Part shown: positions 11,977 to 27,017 of the stretch, piece after piece
How the letters are laid out: every line of letters begins with the position of its first letter
How positions within the stretch are numbered: the first letter of the stretch is position 1
Assembly (NCBI GenBank): GCA_951406725.2
Contig: OX597831.1
Span: 60,760,001-60,824,000 of the forward strand
Length of the DNA stretch: 64,000 bases
Direction of reading: 5' to 3'
From: Octopus vulgaris
Lineage: Eukaryota
Notes under the pieces: generated by a model
What the model saw: the letters and a program-made list of their open reading frames with translations, nothing else
What the model was told of the DNA's origin: nothing
Database searches by the model: none
Translations under genes and position numbers: made by a program

Positions 11977-12557
11977 GGCGGCAAGCTGGCAGAATCGTTA
12001 GCACGCCGGGCGAAATGCTTAGCGGTACTTCGTCTGCGTTACATTGTGAGTTCAAATTCCGCCGAGGTCGACTTTGCCTTTCATCCTTTCGGGGTCGATA
12101 AATTAAGTATCAGTTACGCACTGGGGTCGATGTAATCGACTTATTCCGTTCGTCTGTCCTTGTTTGTCCCCTCTGTGTTTAGCACCTTGTGGGTAATAAA
12201 GAAATAGGTACTTCGTCTGCCGTTACGTTCTGAGTTCAAATTCGGCCGAGGTCGACTTTGCTTTTCATCCGTTCGGGATCGATAAATAAAGTGCCAGTTA
12301 CGCACTGGAGTCGATATAATCGACTTAATCCGTTTGTCTGTCTTTGTTTGTCCTTTCTGTGTTTAGCCTCTTGTGGTAGTAAAGAAATAGGTATTTCGTT
12401 TGCCTTTACGTTATGAGTTCCAATTCGGTCGAGGTCGACTTTGCCTTTCATCCTTTCGGTGTCGATAGATTAAGTTCCAGTTGCGTACTAGGGTCGAACT
12501 AATCAACTGGCCCCCTACCCCCAAAATTTCGATCCTTGTGTCTACAATTGAAAAGAA
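11977..12557 (+). mobile_element. SINE family A, trimeric form
   Basis: Head ggcggcaagctggcagaatcgttagc followed by three units of gagttcaaattc...gcctttcatcctttcggggtcgat. Confidence 0.92.
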
Positions 12558-12589
12558 TATACATACGTATGAACACACCCCAATTACCA

Positions 12590-13105
12590 TGAACTCTAGA
12601 ATTTCTTGTTTCAGGCCTTATATTTTTAACCCCTACAGAAATGATAAACCTTCCACCTACACACAGAAAATATACGTATCTGAACTTCTCATTCTGTCTC
12701 CCACTTTACCTCCCTTACTGGTTCTATCTCTCCCATCTTTCTACTTCTTATCCTTCTACTTTCCTCTGTATATTTCCATTTTTCTTTTCTCACTCTCATT
12801 CTTCCTTAATATCCTATCTTCGTTTCCTTTGTCTCATTTAAACATATATACACACTATAACCCAGAAATCCCTTTCACTGAAGTGATGCTTCCAGTAAAA
12901 ACCTTAAATTGTACCACAAATCTGCAATCGAAATGACAGTCTTAAATTATGCTTCGTAATACGTTTCTCTTTCTGTTGCAATCACAAACCTTATTTTTAT
13001 ATTGATAAAGTATTATCAAACAAAACGTCAGGTTTTCATTTTTTCTCCCGCTTTGGCATATATATGTTCAAGCTGTTGCCTTTTCACACTATGCATCTAC
13101 ACATT
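12590..13105 (+). repeat. Diverged direct repeat, copy 2 of 9640-10075
   Basis: See copy 1. Confidence 0.8.
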
Positions 13106-13309
13106 TCCAGACACTTTTTTACGCATGACCAACACCGAGAATAATTTGTGAGTTTGACACCTCTATGCTTGTAAGCATATAATACTTGTCTATCTCTGTA
13201 TAAATATATCCCTGTATATATCTCTCTGTTTCTCTTTATACCTATATAATTACGCATGCATGTGTTTGTGCGTATATTCCTATCTATCAGTCAGCCAGTT
13301 TGTCTATCT

Positions 13310-13370
13310 AACAAACTATCTATCTATCTATCTATCTATCTATCTGTCTCTCTCTCCCTATCTATCTATC

Positions 13371-13401
<31 letters not shown>

Positions 13402-13419
13402 CTATCTGTCTCTCTCTCC

Positions 13420-13461
<42 letters not shown>

Positions 13462-13478
13462 GTCTGTCTCTCTCCCTT

Positions 13479-13519
<41 letters not shown>

Positions 13520-13560
13520 ATCTATCCATTTATCTATTTACTTATATCTATATATCTATA
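13310..13560. repeat. (TCTA)n microsatellite
   Basis: Seen directly. Confidence 0.95.
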
Positions 13561-14172
13561 TGTCATAAATATATGTATGTATGTACATTTGTATGCATAT
13601 ATGTTTGTAGGTAGGTAGGTAGGGAGGATGGGAGCGAGAAAGGGAGGGCGTAAGTAAGAGAGAGGGGTAGGTTAGGTATGCATATGAGAAATATGCTCAA
13701 ACAATCTATATTAATGCTTTTTATTAATATATTTTACATTATTTCTGACAGATTCCATATCCTTCTTGTTCCTACATGAAAGAAATATGCATAATAGATG
13801 CATTCAGTCTTAGTCCACTGAATTTCACATTTATTTAAATATGCTTGAATACAATGAGACTTTATTGATAAATTTACATGCCGCAACATATCAATAAGAT
13901 TAATATACATATAGATAAAATTTTATAAATAACGCAAATAGAATGAAAAATATATCAGATTTTCCTGTGTCGACGTGGTCCTCGAATTACGTGCGTATAA
14001 TTATTCTTTATACACACCGACATTTGTTTTTGGTGTCTTATGTATGTGCGTGTGTATATATATATTTATATATTTATGTATATTTATATATATATATATA
14101 GTTATTTATCTATCTACATGCAAATATATATATATAAGTAGATACATACAATGTACACACAAACACACACAT

Positions 14173-14255
<83 letters not shown>

Positions 14256-14515
14256 CGTGTGTGCTTGTATATATATATATATATTTGTGTGTGTGTATGC
14301 GTGTATATATGTGTGTGTGCATGCGTATGTGTTTGTCTGTGTGCGTGTATTGTATATTACAATCAGGAAATTGAGGAGAAAGAGCGGGAAGCATGTCGAA
14401 AATGATGAGATAAAAATACAATTTAAAATTTACTATTGATCGGAGCTAATGTGCATCGATATATGTTATATTCTATACGATTTTTTCGTTCTTTTGTTAG
14501 CGTTCCTTCTTTGTC

Positions 14516-14579
<64 letters not shown>

Positions 14580-14939
14580 GTGTGTATGTATGTATGTATT
14601 CTATGAAATTTTAATAATTTTCGGGTGAAATTTAAATGGAAATCAAAGTATTAAAGTTTGAAATAACGATAATAGGAACAAATACCAAATAAATAGAAAA
14701 GTGATACGCAATAATAGAAATATGCACGAGTATGTACAGTCACATGGATATGCATGTATATGCAAATTTGCCTGTACGAGTGCTTGAATGTATATATGTG
14801 CATGTGTGCGTGGGTGGGTGTGGGTGGGTGTATGTATGTGTGTGTGTGTTTCCGCTTATGTATCATTAGATAGTCTGTGAACCTGAAAAATACCGCAGAA
14901 GCGCGTGCGCACACAGGAACACAGACGCGCACACACACA

Positions 14940-15435
<496 letters not shown>

Positions 15436-16450
15436 GGTAGCTTTTTGGAGCGAGTTTTACACACGTGTCATGCATATATTTATAATTCAAATAAATTTTG
15501 TGGAGTAAGACACAAGTTGTCAGATATATCATCTTAGAAATTTATCACTCAAATTAACATATATCGGCTTATATTTACGTGTGCCTCATGAGATATAGCA
15601 TACATTATATGCGTTATATATATATCTAAATATGGTGATAAGATCATTCTAGATATACTACACTAAATGACTACATTTCTAATACCTTATACGAGCAGCA
15701 TTAGCGTAACCGTAGAGGTAAAGTGTAACAGGTAAAAAGAATAAAAGCAAAGTCTTTCAGCAGCTAGATATTTTTATGAAATATTTTACAAATATAAGTT
15801 ACAGGACTACAATTATATGGGGCAATTTCAAATCATTATTAACGTATTTTTCAAATATTATGGATGTTGGTACAATCTTGGTTGAATGTTCGGCATTGTG
15901 CTTGAGGATGTGGAGCCCAAATAGTCGCGAGGATACATAGATATATTCTCGGCAATCTCACCAGCATTGAAAGAATCTTATCTTTATGAAACCTAAATTT
16001 GAACGACAATGACGACTTCGGTGCGATTCGATATCAAGGCGCTGAGAGCCGAAACTAATAATTAACGCATTTCATCTGTTTCCTGAATTACTCAGAAAAT
16101 CCGCTGATTTGTGTCCAAATTCTCAGCTGAGTGGCGTGTATCACATTTACCAACAAGCATAATGTAAATTTCATAAGATTCAGTATTATCCTGACATGTT
16201 TGATTTTTGTGGCTCAGAGAGATGTATCTTTATTTCTCCCGAAATTTTTTCACAATGTAGGATTTCTGCATAGTAATCAATAAATAATATTTTGCTTTAT
16301 TGTAATGATCAGATGTCATCCATTGCATATACATAAGCTTAACGATAATTAAAAATTAAAATTATGTTCTTAATAAAGAAATTATAGAAATATTATTATT
16401 TCTAAGTCTCTTTAACGGAGACTACGGCAGCGGTACTGGATATTAACAGT

Positions 16451-16744
16451 TATCGCCAAGCTGTTATGGCAGTCCATAAATATAGGACGAAAGCTGCTGT
16501 TGATTAGCCCCAAGAGTCCATCACCTCTAGCTAGCTATGTGACACACGAATCTGTGTCCATTATAACCTTTGAACAGGGGAGTTCAGCTGCTTCCTCTTG
16601 CTGGTCAGGCTCCTGCAGACGTGTTTCAGGGTATTTGCTCTTTAGCAATGCAGAGTAGCCAAACCCAGCAGGCGTCGCTGCTGACCATCTTTTCGAAGGA
16701 TTATTTACCTAATTTCAGTTGAATACATCCACTGGTTTTCAAAA
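16451..16744. mobile_element. About 295-bp insertion (probable retroposon fragment) flanked by an approximately 67-bp direct repeat
   Basis: GC-richer insert between 16384-16450 and 16745-16812 (atattattatttctaagtctct.taacggagact.cggca.cggtact). Confidence 0.65.
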
Positions 16745-17943
16745 ATAGAGATATTATTATTTCTAAGTCTCTCTAACGGAGACTGCGGCACCGGTACTCG
16801 ATATATTACAGTATTTTTAAATAAATTATAATTATAGTATTTTTAAAATGCTATATTTTGCTGACGTATAAAATTATGCGTAAACGTTAGGTAACTAGTG
16901 AAACCCCAGAGGATATTGTCTAAGAAATTGTAAGGGTATAAAATATCCAGCCAAACAGATCAATTGTAGAATGGTATTGACTGAGTAGTCCAAGCCAGGA
17001 AGAAACATTTAAAAAGAAATTTGTTTTGTTTCTATTTGTTTCATAGGTTTTAGTTCATACGCCAATTTTCCTTTAGACATTCAAAAATATATTCGTATTT
17101 CTGTTCTTGCGAAAAACACTTGGTTTTAATACTAGCGAGTTCTATTAAACTAACCTTCCATATACAACTCATTCAAATTTTTACAATTATGACAAATTAT
17201 AGTATTAAAATTACTAGCATCTCTTTACTGTATATTGAATTTTACAAATCGTGAAATACTTCCAGAAACCTAGGACATGTTTTTAAGTATTTACGAAAAG
17301 TACCTCCCTAAATGCGAGTGCGAGCACATATGTAAGTGAAAGAAAATAAAAGATGGATGCAAATGAAGAGGCTAATTTCCTACATCCGGTTTCTGCTTCG
17401 TGCACAAGAGAAATACTTGAGCATGTAAACCAATGCCCATGCACTCTCAGTTTATTTTAATCTATATTAATCACCAAAGAGTCGATTCTCATAGGCACAA
17501 AGCAAGAAAATAGATGATATTATGTCACAAACACATTGTTTGAATAAATGTTTGTTTTCGTGCCAATAAGTCTCTGACGTGCTCTCTGAACCTGTTAGAA
17601 ATGATAAGTATATCATTGTCTTTCCTCATGAAACATGACGAGCACATTGATTAATGTAATGAGAAATTTTGTTCCTGATGCGAAATATATGCTGACGATA
17701 ACTAGAATGTCCTTGGTAGTACAGATGTTCTTTAAGAACTTATATTGTGCTAAAGATGCTAAAGACTGGGAAAATTCACAAAATTGTTATTTAATTTTAA
17801 TGGGGAGAATCTCCGAATACATAGTTTATTGCATATAAATTTTATTCAAATCACATGCATCTGAGCTTGTTCAATTTCGGGAAGTCGATTCTAACATAAC
17901 TCAGTGTTGACCCAGGTGTCTTAAGGAACTTGCCCATATTCAA

Positions 17944-18174
17944 GGCGGCGAGCTGGCAGATACGTTAGCACACCAGGTGAAATACGTAGCCGTATTTCGT
18001 CTGCCGTTACGTTCTGAGTTCAAATTCCGCCGAGGTCGACTTTGCATTTCATCCTTTCGGGGTCGATTAAATAAGTACCAGTTACGCATTGGGGGTCGAT
18101 ATAATCGACTTAATCCGTTTGTCTGTCCTTGTTTGTCCCCTCTGTGTTTAGCTCCTTGTAGGCAATAAAGAAAT
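17944..18174 (+). mobile_element. SINE family A monomer
   Basis: Full head, core and tail; short flanking repeat atattcaag. Confidence 0.92.
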
Positions 18175-18537
18175 ATATATTCAAGCGAACTATGATTCAG
18201 TCGAATGTCATAGGCTATGTCCTTGTTAGATGGCAACACAACTCTGAGTGTGTTCAGAGATTAACTTAAGAACTTAAATGTAGACATTTCTTTGGAAAAT
18301 ACAGCCGAATTGTTGTTTTTATTACTATTTCAATAGAATATATTTCCATTGATTGAATTAATTCAACACTCCTTCATGAAATCCAGCCCAATATTCATTC
18401 ATGTGCATTATCTATGCATGAAAAACAAAATACAATATGCGTGTTTGTGCGTGTGCATATATGTGTATATATACATATATATATACATATGTGTATATAT
18501 CTATCTGTCTCTGTCTGTCTGTCTCTATCTATCTATC

Positions 18538-18583
<46 letters not shown>

Positions 18584-18949
18584 CGTGTGTATGTATGTAT
18601 TTATATATTCGTATATATGTATTTATATATATGCAAGCAAATCCAATAGAATGAGCAAAATCCAAATATCTATGTCTCCTACTAGCCCTCTTAAACAAAT
18701 TATATATTTGCTTAGAAGTATTGACAATTTATATTTAACTGTGGATGTAACAAAATAACTTGAAACATTTCAAATCAATAATGTGTTAACTTTTCATTGT
18801 ATTTTGGTAATGGGCTGAATATTTTTGATCAGTCCTGTAAATCACATTAATGTGGACTGCTTCAGAGTTATATGTATCCGAAGGAAGAAAATAATTGCAT
18901 TTGGTGAGGAATTGAGACATGAAACTTTTCAAGGCGTAACACAGTCATA

Positions 18950-19300
18950 GACTTATCAGGAAATGTTATAGTTCCAAATCTGGTGGTGTAGTTTGTTTTC
19001 TTTTCATCCCACTGCTTTATTTTGGTACGGATTTTTAATTAAATTTCTAAAGTTTAACTTTTCAAATGTGTAGGTGTTTGTGTACATGAATAAGGTTATT
19101 ATTCTGCGTTCAATATTTGTATTCAAACAGTTTAGAAGAATATTGTTTTTATAAAAAATATTGAACCAATTATCAATGTATTCTAAACACTTTCTCATAA
19201 AATATAAATAGTAACTTAATTTCAGAACATCGACTATTAGATCGTTTTCAATCTTTCTAATTAATTCCAAGCACCAATCCCAATCACTCCTCAATTATTC
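18950..19300 (-). mobile_element. Possible highly decayed Penelope-like RT fragment
   Basis: Weak motif order on the minus strand (IVDV...Y, TNTYTF...YQNKAVG) reminiscent of PLE RT. Confidence 0.3.
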
Positions 19301-19466
19301 AATAATTTCTTTAATTCCTACGCATTGAGATAATGGAAAAACCTACTTATAGCATCCAGACATTATACATCTTTCTTAAATGACGAAATATTAGGGTTAT
19401 TGATATGTAATTCATTTGCTCACTTTTGTATCCAGCTTCGCTCACTTTTATGGAACAGAAATTGAA

Positions 19467-20044
19467 AGCGGTGAGGTGGCAGAAACGTTAGTACGCCGGG
19501 AGAAATGCTTAGCGGTATTTCGTCTGCCGCTACGTTCTGAGTTCAAATTCCGCCGAGGTCAACTTTGCTTTTCATCATTTCGGGGTCGATAAATTAAGTA
19601 CCAGCTACGCACTGGAGTCGATGTAATCGACTTAATCCGTTTGTCTGTCCTTGTTTGTCCTCTCTGTGTTTAGCCCCTTATGGGTAGTAAAGAAATGGGT
19701 ATTTCGTCTGCCGCTACGTTCTGAGTTCAAATTCCGCCGGGGTCTACATTGCTTTTCATACTTTCGGTGTCGATAGATTAAGCACCAGTTACGCACTGTG
19801 ATGATATAATCGACTTAATCCGTTTGTCTGTCCTTGTTTGTCCTCTCTGTGTTTAGCCCCTTGCGGGTAGTAAAGAAATAGGTATTTTGTCTGCCATTAC
19901 GTGTTCTGAGTTCAAATACCACCGAGGTCGAATATGCCTTTCATCCTTTCGAGTCGATTAAATAAGTACAAGTTCCACACTGAAGTCGATATAATCGACT
20001 TAATCCCTTCCCCCAAATTCTAGGTCTTGTCCTTCCAGTAGAAA
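19467..20044 (+). mobile_element. SINE family A, trimeric form
   Basis: Three core units; flanked by ttatggaacagaaat / ttatggaatagaaat (TSD-like). Confidence 0.92.
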
Positions 20045-21049
20045 TTATCATTATGGAATAGAAATGTTTTATTTGAATTTAAATGTTCAATATTGAATAG
20101 CTTTCTGAATCGAACACTAATTTTCAATATAGTATAAAGTTTTCAGAATTACTTAATGCATGCTTTACTCCGAGCCAAAAACGTATAGTACAGGCTGTTG
20201 CACATCGTGAAACAGGAAGTTTACTAGTAAGAGTAGCTAATGTTCAAGACTATTGAGATATGTTTCTTTGAATAAAACAGTGTATATTTATATATTTCAC
20301 ACAGTATTGCAAGCATAGAATACTAAATAGTATCTTATTTTCAACAATAGCAACGTTTTGATGAGAAAAAAAGTGTGATAAAACTTTCAATTTCATATTT
20401 GTGAGTTTATCAGCAACTATTATATCTTTTAGTATCCATAGAAAATTTTTCATTAACACAACTATTGTATGCTTTAAAAAATCTGTATGTTATTCATGGC
20501 AGGAAGTTTGTTTAACAAATAACTGATGCTTTAGTAACGTCATGTTTCAGATTATATCTAGATTTTAACCAACACTCTGTATTGTAAAGTAAACAGCTTG
20601 TCTTCATAAACGATATAATAATGACAGACAGAAGAAAGAATGAGATTCGTTTAAATTACGTATTAGGACTACAAAAGTTACAAATTTCCACGCTTTAACT
20701 GACAACAGTATTATTGCTTTAAACAACTATTTAAAAGTGTTTAAGTAAATCAGAGAAACTTATATTTAAGAAGTAGTATTTGTTATGAGTTCCACTAATG
20801 AATTAATTAAAAGGCATTTTATTTGAAGACATTTTAAAGATCTTTAGAGTTTTCCTGCAAAGGTGGTTGGACAAACACTGCAGTTCTTAGTAATATTGTG
20901 TTTAAAAAGCAATAAATGTTTAAGAGGTGTAACAATATACTAAATGCCTGATGAAATTTCAACACGAAAAATTTCTGAAGTGCGGGTTTTCACTTCTTTC
21001 CGTTAAAGAAAATATTATCTGAAGCCAAATACCTACGACAGATATTGTT

Positions 21050-21480
21050 ATCTTTATTATTTTATCGTTTACTTGTTTCAGTCATTAGACTGCGGCCATA
21101 CTGGGGACATTGCCTTGCAGAATTACAGTCAAACATATCGTTCACAGTACTACTATTTAAAACCTGATACTTACTCTATCCGTCACTTCGCCGAATCGCT
21201 ATCTTTCGGGTACGTAAGCATACCAACATAGGCTGTAAATTGGCGGGGTGGGAGCAACATAAACATACACATACACACATACACATACAAACACACACGC
21301 TCATGTATGTGTATAGATATGTTATATATATATGTTATATATATACGACGGGCTCCTTTCAGTTTCTGCCTACCAAATCTATTCACAAAGATTTTGTTCT
21401 CTCGTGACTATAGTAGAAGACACTTGCCCAAAGTGCCGTGCAGTGGCACTGAACCAGGAATCGTGTGGTTGAGAAGTAAA
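21050..21480 (-). mobile_element. Diverged SINE family C copy
   Basis: tgtttcagtcattagactgcggcc...acgacgggctcctttcagtttc...gacacttgcccaa. Confidence 0.8.
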
Positions 21481-21922
21481 CTTTTTAAGGAAATCTTGAA
21501 ATAGCATAGCGTAAAAACTTAATGTGACATACCAGTTTTATATTACTCCAGCTAAATGAATAGAATGTTTTATAGAGTACAAAGCGTTCTACTTCATTCA
21601 TTTAAGTTGCTCTTGAGTATAAGAACTTTTTCACCGCAGGGAGATAGAGAAGCTACGTGTCCTGCAGTGAAATATTAATACAGGATTCAAACAAACACCC
21701 TTATCCTGTTCCATGCATACTAAATATTATGAAGTGTTTGCAAGCGTCTATCAGTATCGGCCAATACTCTACATATCATTTATTGTATCTTATATCATTG
21801 AAACGAAAAAATAAAAGTTCACATGAGCCATCATTTTTCCAATTTTTTCAATCCGTTCTATTCATCAGCCATAATGAATTTAATGTTTATCATAGAATGT
21901 GACGTTGTATGCGTCACAGATA

Positions 21923-22193
21923 AGTCTGCGAGTTGTCAGAATGTTTACCACACCAGACAAAGTGCTTAACGGTATTTCGTCTGCCGCTACGTTCTGAGTT
22001 CAAATTCCACCGAGGTCGACTTTACTTTTCATCCTTTCAGGTCGATAAATTAAATACCAGTTACGCACTGGGGTCGATATAATCGACTTAATCCGTTTGT
22101 CTGTCCTTGTTTGTCCTCTCTGTGTTTAGCCCCTTGTGGGTAGTAAAGAAACATGTATTTCTTCTGCCGCTATGTTCTGAGTTCAAATTCCGC
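21923..22193 (+). mobile_element. SINE family A, one unit plus the start of a second
   Basis: Core match; second unit truncated after caaattccgcc. Confidence 0.88.
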
Positions 22194-23221
22194 CTGTAAT
22201 TACTAGTCTGTTAAAAGTTTAATCCAGTCACCAGAAGATGTGTTACAAATAGTGGTGTTAGCATGTTGTGGAGTGAATACTATCCAAATGATAATATAGT
22301 GTAAAATATCCCAGGATTTTCGATTTTTGAGCACTAGTCTAATATTGGTTGACGTTTGATTTTACACAGAATAAGCACATATCACTACTGAAATATTTCT
22401 GCGATGGAGATAAAACCCATTTGATTGGGGCGAAATTGTATGTGTGAAATAAATGCGTTGTCACCATGATATATCATCAAGCACTAAGAAACCTATCGTG
22501 TGCAATGGTTTAATGTGATTTCCACTTGCAGATGTATACAACATGGCATATTATATTGAAGCTATTGTTAGGTTTTGTTGAATGAAATCACAATGCTATG
22601 TTACCTTGAGAAGGTGATTTCTTTTAAATGAGACAACGATTTTCATGGATGCATTTAGGAAACATCAGCTTGACAAATATTGTGGAGGAAAGAAAATTTT
22701 TAATATTGGCACCGCTGTAGATATATGATTAGAAGTACCTGAACAGAACAAAACGTGTTATAGAAATAAATCCCTGGCATTCCGCAAATTTGTTAGAATA
22801 CTGCTTAAAAGGAAATGTGACAGCGTATGTCAGATAATAAATATGCTACAAGTTGACGGACATAAAAGATAAGTACCCTCTTTGCAAGATTCTTTCATGC
22901 GGAATTGTCAATTTTCTAGTAATTTCAAAATCATCAACATCGCGCTAAACAAAATCCTTAAATACGAGCTACAATCTAACATTCAGTGAAAATCAATTTA
23001 CTTGGTAAACTTACTCGACTCCAGAGAAATCGCTTTTTTTTTACCAGCTGACAGTAATGTGATTTTGAAATAATGGAAGCAAATCAATGCTAGCAGATGG
23101 CAAAATGTGTAAGGTCGCTCTATATGTGACAATTATTGTAATGTCAATGTCAAGTGAAGGATTGCAAATATGTCTCACGCTTTCAAGTTGTCAAAAATAT
23201 AGATTTTTACCGAAACGTGTG

Positions 23222-23295
<74 letters not shown>

Positions 23296-24233
23296 CTTAC
23301 ACATACACATATGTGTGAGTGAATATATGCATATATGCATTTATATATAGATGATGCATACACACGAACATATATATACAAATAAGTATGGTATGCATGT
23401 ATTTATGTATTCATGTATATACGTATGTATGCTTGTATGTATGTGTATATACATTGTTTTCGTGTTCAGTTCTACTTTGCAAATCAGCGGGGTAACACTA
23501 TAATTTTGTAGAGAACAGGTTATTTTTTTGAGAAGATAAGTGTTGACAGTAAACTTCAAAGTTTCGCTCAGTAAATCCAAATATATACACAAGCATAACA
23601 ATGTCGTCAAACATTTCGAAATGTTTTTGATGATAGAAAATGATAGAAAATAATGGGAGAAACCACTGATAACTGTCAGAAATCAAGTAAGTGTGTACGT
23701 CGACGGAAATAAATCACTTGAACAATCAATTACTTGTACTCTCTATGAAACATCCGATTTTTCATGCACGAAGGGGTTACACAGATTTTGTATACCCGGA
23801 TGCCGTTCACGTCACTAAATGTCATCATTTTCACATTGCCCGGACACAATTCCATAGAACATTGGTAAAAAAAATCTCTTGCTGTAAGATTCGAGCACAA
23901 CTACAGCGCACTATCGAGACACGTCGTGTAAAACAAATTAACGCACGCACATACACATACACCCACTATACATACACACATATACACATAAAATTAAATT
24001 ATCATTTCCTGGTAATCTGATGAGCTAGATTTATTTATTTGCATTGATTTGTAAAAATGCAATTGTATTCTGTACTGCAGAGTACACTCATATTAATGCA
24101 GACATGTAAGCATAATTTCTTCTCCGAAATGAAACCAAAATGAAGTTTGCCAAATGACCATAAACTCCAGGAAGTGGTTAAGTAAACATATATTCCTCCC
24201 TTATAATTTTATTGTTTATATATTCATAAACGT

Positions 24234-24239
<6 letters not shown>

Positions 24240-24265
<26 letters not shown>

Positions 24266-24410
24266 GTATGTATATATATACATAAATGTATATCTATATA
24301 CATATATGTAGTTGTATAAACATATATATATGTATATATATATATACGTATATATATATATGTGTATATATATACGTATATATATATATATATATATATA
24401 TACGTATATC

Positions 24411-24482
<72 letters not shown>
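24240..24482. repeat. (TA)n-rich microsatellite
   Basis: Seen directly. Confidence 0.95.
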
Positions 24483-24486
<4 letters not shown>

Positions 24487-24999
24487 ATTTAAATAATGAG
24501 GGTGATAAATTGAATATTAATTTAATTAATATCAATATAAAACCAGTAGCCTAGCATATAAAAAATTCTGAACATTCAGAAAAATTGTAATACATGCGTA
24601 TAATAGGGATGACCACTAAGTGGACATCCAATATGCTAGAAGAAGATCCCCTATGATCTAGCTAAGAAGAAAAGAATGTTCTCTGGAGAAATTCAGCAAA
24701 CACCAGTGTATCATCGAGTAAGACAGATCAAAATATACAAAATACAGAATTAATCTTAGACCGGTTTCACTATCAACGAATTTGAATTATCTACTGCGGA
24801 ATTGTTTCCGTGATTTGGCGCGCCGGAACTTAGACATTTGAAAGTAATCCCAATGTAATCGATAGAACTATAATTTTATAAGGACAACTAGTGTATAGTT
24901 CTACAAATTATATTGAATTGGAACGATTGTACTGAAGAACCCACGGACAAAAATTGCATAAGTAAATTCGTTTATCGTGATTTTATATAGTTTGTAGTT

Positions 25000-26200
25000 A
25001 AGTTTAATTTTATTGTGATAGTTAGAACACTGTTCAACCATAATTTGTTTCTAAGCTAAGTTGAGATGCCTATATATTATGAAGGAATTTTAGTTAGGAA
25101 AAATCGAGTAGTTACAATTCTTTTTAATCGAATGTTCTTCATTTAATCTGATGTGATACCTTGATGTCTTAGGTTTGATTTCAGTGGAGGCTCTTGTCTA
25201 TAGTTCTCACCATCATACAATACTTTGTTCATAGATGAGCTTATTTAGTTGTTTCAGATTTCAGTCATTGGGATTTTACTATACAAATGTGTTTATCCTT
25301 GGCTTAAAGCGTTGAAACTTACTTTGTTTTGTAGGCCTTACAATTTCCATGACGTAAGCCTAACATACTTAAATAATGGGATTTTATTAAAAAGGTGTAC
25401 ATTGTGGACTAAACCATGCGCAATAGCTCCTATCGTTTGTAAACGAACTCAGTAAACCTAAATAACGCCAACAACAAATAAAGGCAGCTGCTGACCAACT
25501 AAAGATTTTTTGTTAACTACTAAACATAACCTCAAGATTTGAAGCTCTCACCCCTAAATAGATACACCAGATTACAAATCTCTAATTACTGCATTGAATT
25601 CGGAACAATAAAGTTCAAATTTGATCGCCGAAAACCTTCCACAAATGTTTTTACATCAGGACATACTTACAAACCTATTATTCAACAGATCTTCACCTAC
25701 CCAAGAAAATTTAATCTCGCTAGAGATTATATGAAGCCAAGATGAACTTAAATGTACCGTAGTCCGACCAAGGCTAAGCAGGTTAAAGGTTCGAAATCGC
25801 TATCAACAGCATTGTTTTAAAAAAATAGCATGTACTCTTAATGTATGGAATAATACTGCAGCTCTTTACTGTTACTTGCCTTACACACAAATATTCATCT
25901 ATAATAAATTACAAATTCAGGAAATCCTATCAGCAAACCAAAACAGCATGACAGCATGGGTAGATGTATAATTCAGTCCTTCAACACATTCCTGCTGCTA
26001 CTTTCACTTCTCGAACCTACACAGCAAAAACTGATGCAAAATGCGAATTCAGCTTCATGTCTGAACTAGTCAACAAAGATAAGGTACAGCACTACAACCG
26101 TGATTATTTCACTTCATCATACATTTGAGTGGCCATTGATGAAACATGATTACAGCACGAAACATATGCAGTATGTGCTTTATATAAATTAAGATAAGTT
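25000..26200. mobile_element. Decayed Penelope-like element: minus-strand RT remnants (about 25000-25460) joined to a plus-strand 3' region ending in a decayed hammerhead-like motif
   Basis: Minus-strand fragments LQTIGAIAHG, HLYSK and IRLKRIV; plus strand attgatga...cgaaacatatgcagt at 26135-26172. Confidence 0.45.
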
Positions 26201-26899
26201 CTACTCACAGCTTTGAAGGAGCTTTGATATGCATAGTATGTATGTTGTACGCTGATAAATTGAATTCAAATTATTCTTATGCCTTCGTAAATCGATACAG
26301 AATGCCTGATATACATATTATAATGACACTGCTTGTCATAGCTTCTCTATTAACTACAATTTATTCAAAAAATGTATGCATCAACTGAACTTCGTTGTTT
26401 GTCCAACTGCACAACTTGTTAGATAGTGGCTTTTGTTCTAATCTTAACGAAAATATATTTATGCAGTTGCATCCTCAGAAAATGCATTTATCTTCTTTAA
26501 CTTTTATATATTGTCCTTCTTAAGTATATACTTATAGAAAAATAGATAAATTACATTTGTTTTGCTTGACATTCCTGTTGGATGCCGCCTGTCTTAATCT
26601 TTGGCCAGCTTTCAGAGATTACTTTTTATTCATGTCAAGTAGATGGCTTCTAGGTCTTATATCATGTTTAACATATACAAACGTGAAATGCAAGCAAGGA
26701 GGAATGAATATTTTTGAAAAGGTCAGGAATTGCGTGGAGAGGAGACAAATTATAGTGGAAAGAGTAATTTATGGATTTATTCCTGCTTTGTTTACATGAT
26801 TTCTTTTTCAGCATTGTACAATAAACAAGTACTGGTGCACTACTAAACTTATAAAAAGAAATCAATACTAACACACGCATATATATATATATATATATA

Positions 26900-26930
<31 letters not shown>

Positions 26931-26965
26931 TCGTATTTGATTTGCACATGTATATATATTTATGA

Positions 26966-27017
<52 letters not shown>

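Noticed and set aside
22500-22900. Possible hAT (Buster-like) transposase remnant
   Set aside because: Only faint motif resemblance with many stops; not supportable without a profile search
24700-24775. Possible type II hammerhead on the minus strand (GAAACCGGUC-UAAGA...UCUUA-CUCGAUGA)
   Set aside because: The core has an inserted base and stem II does not pair; at best a decayed relic
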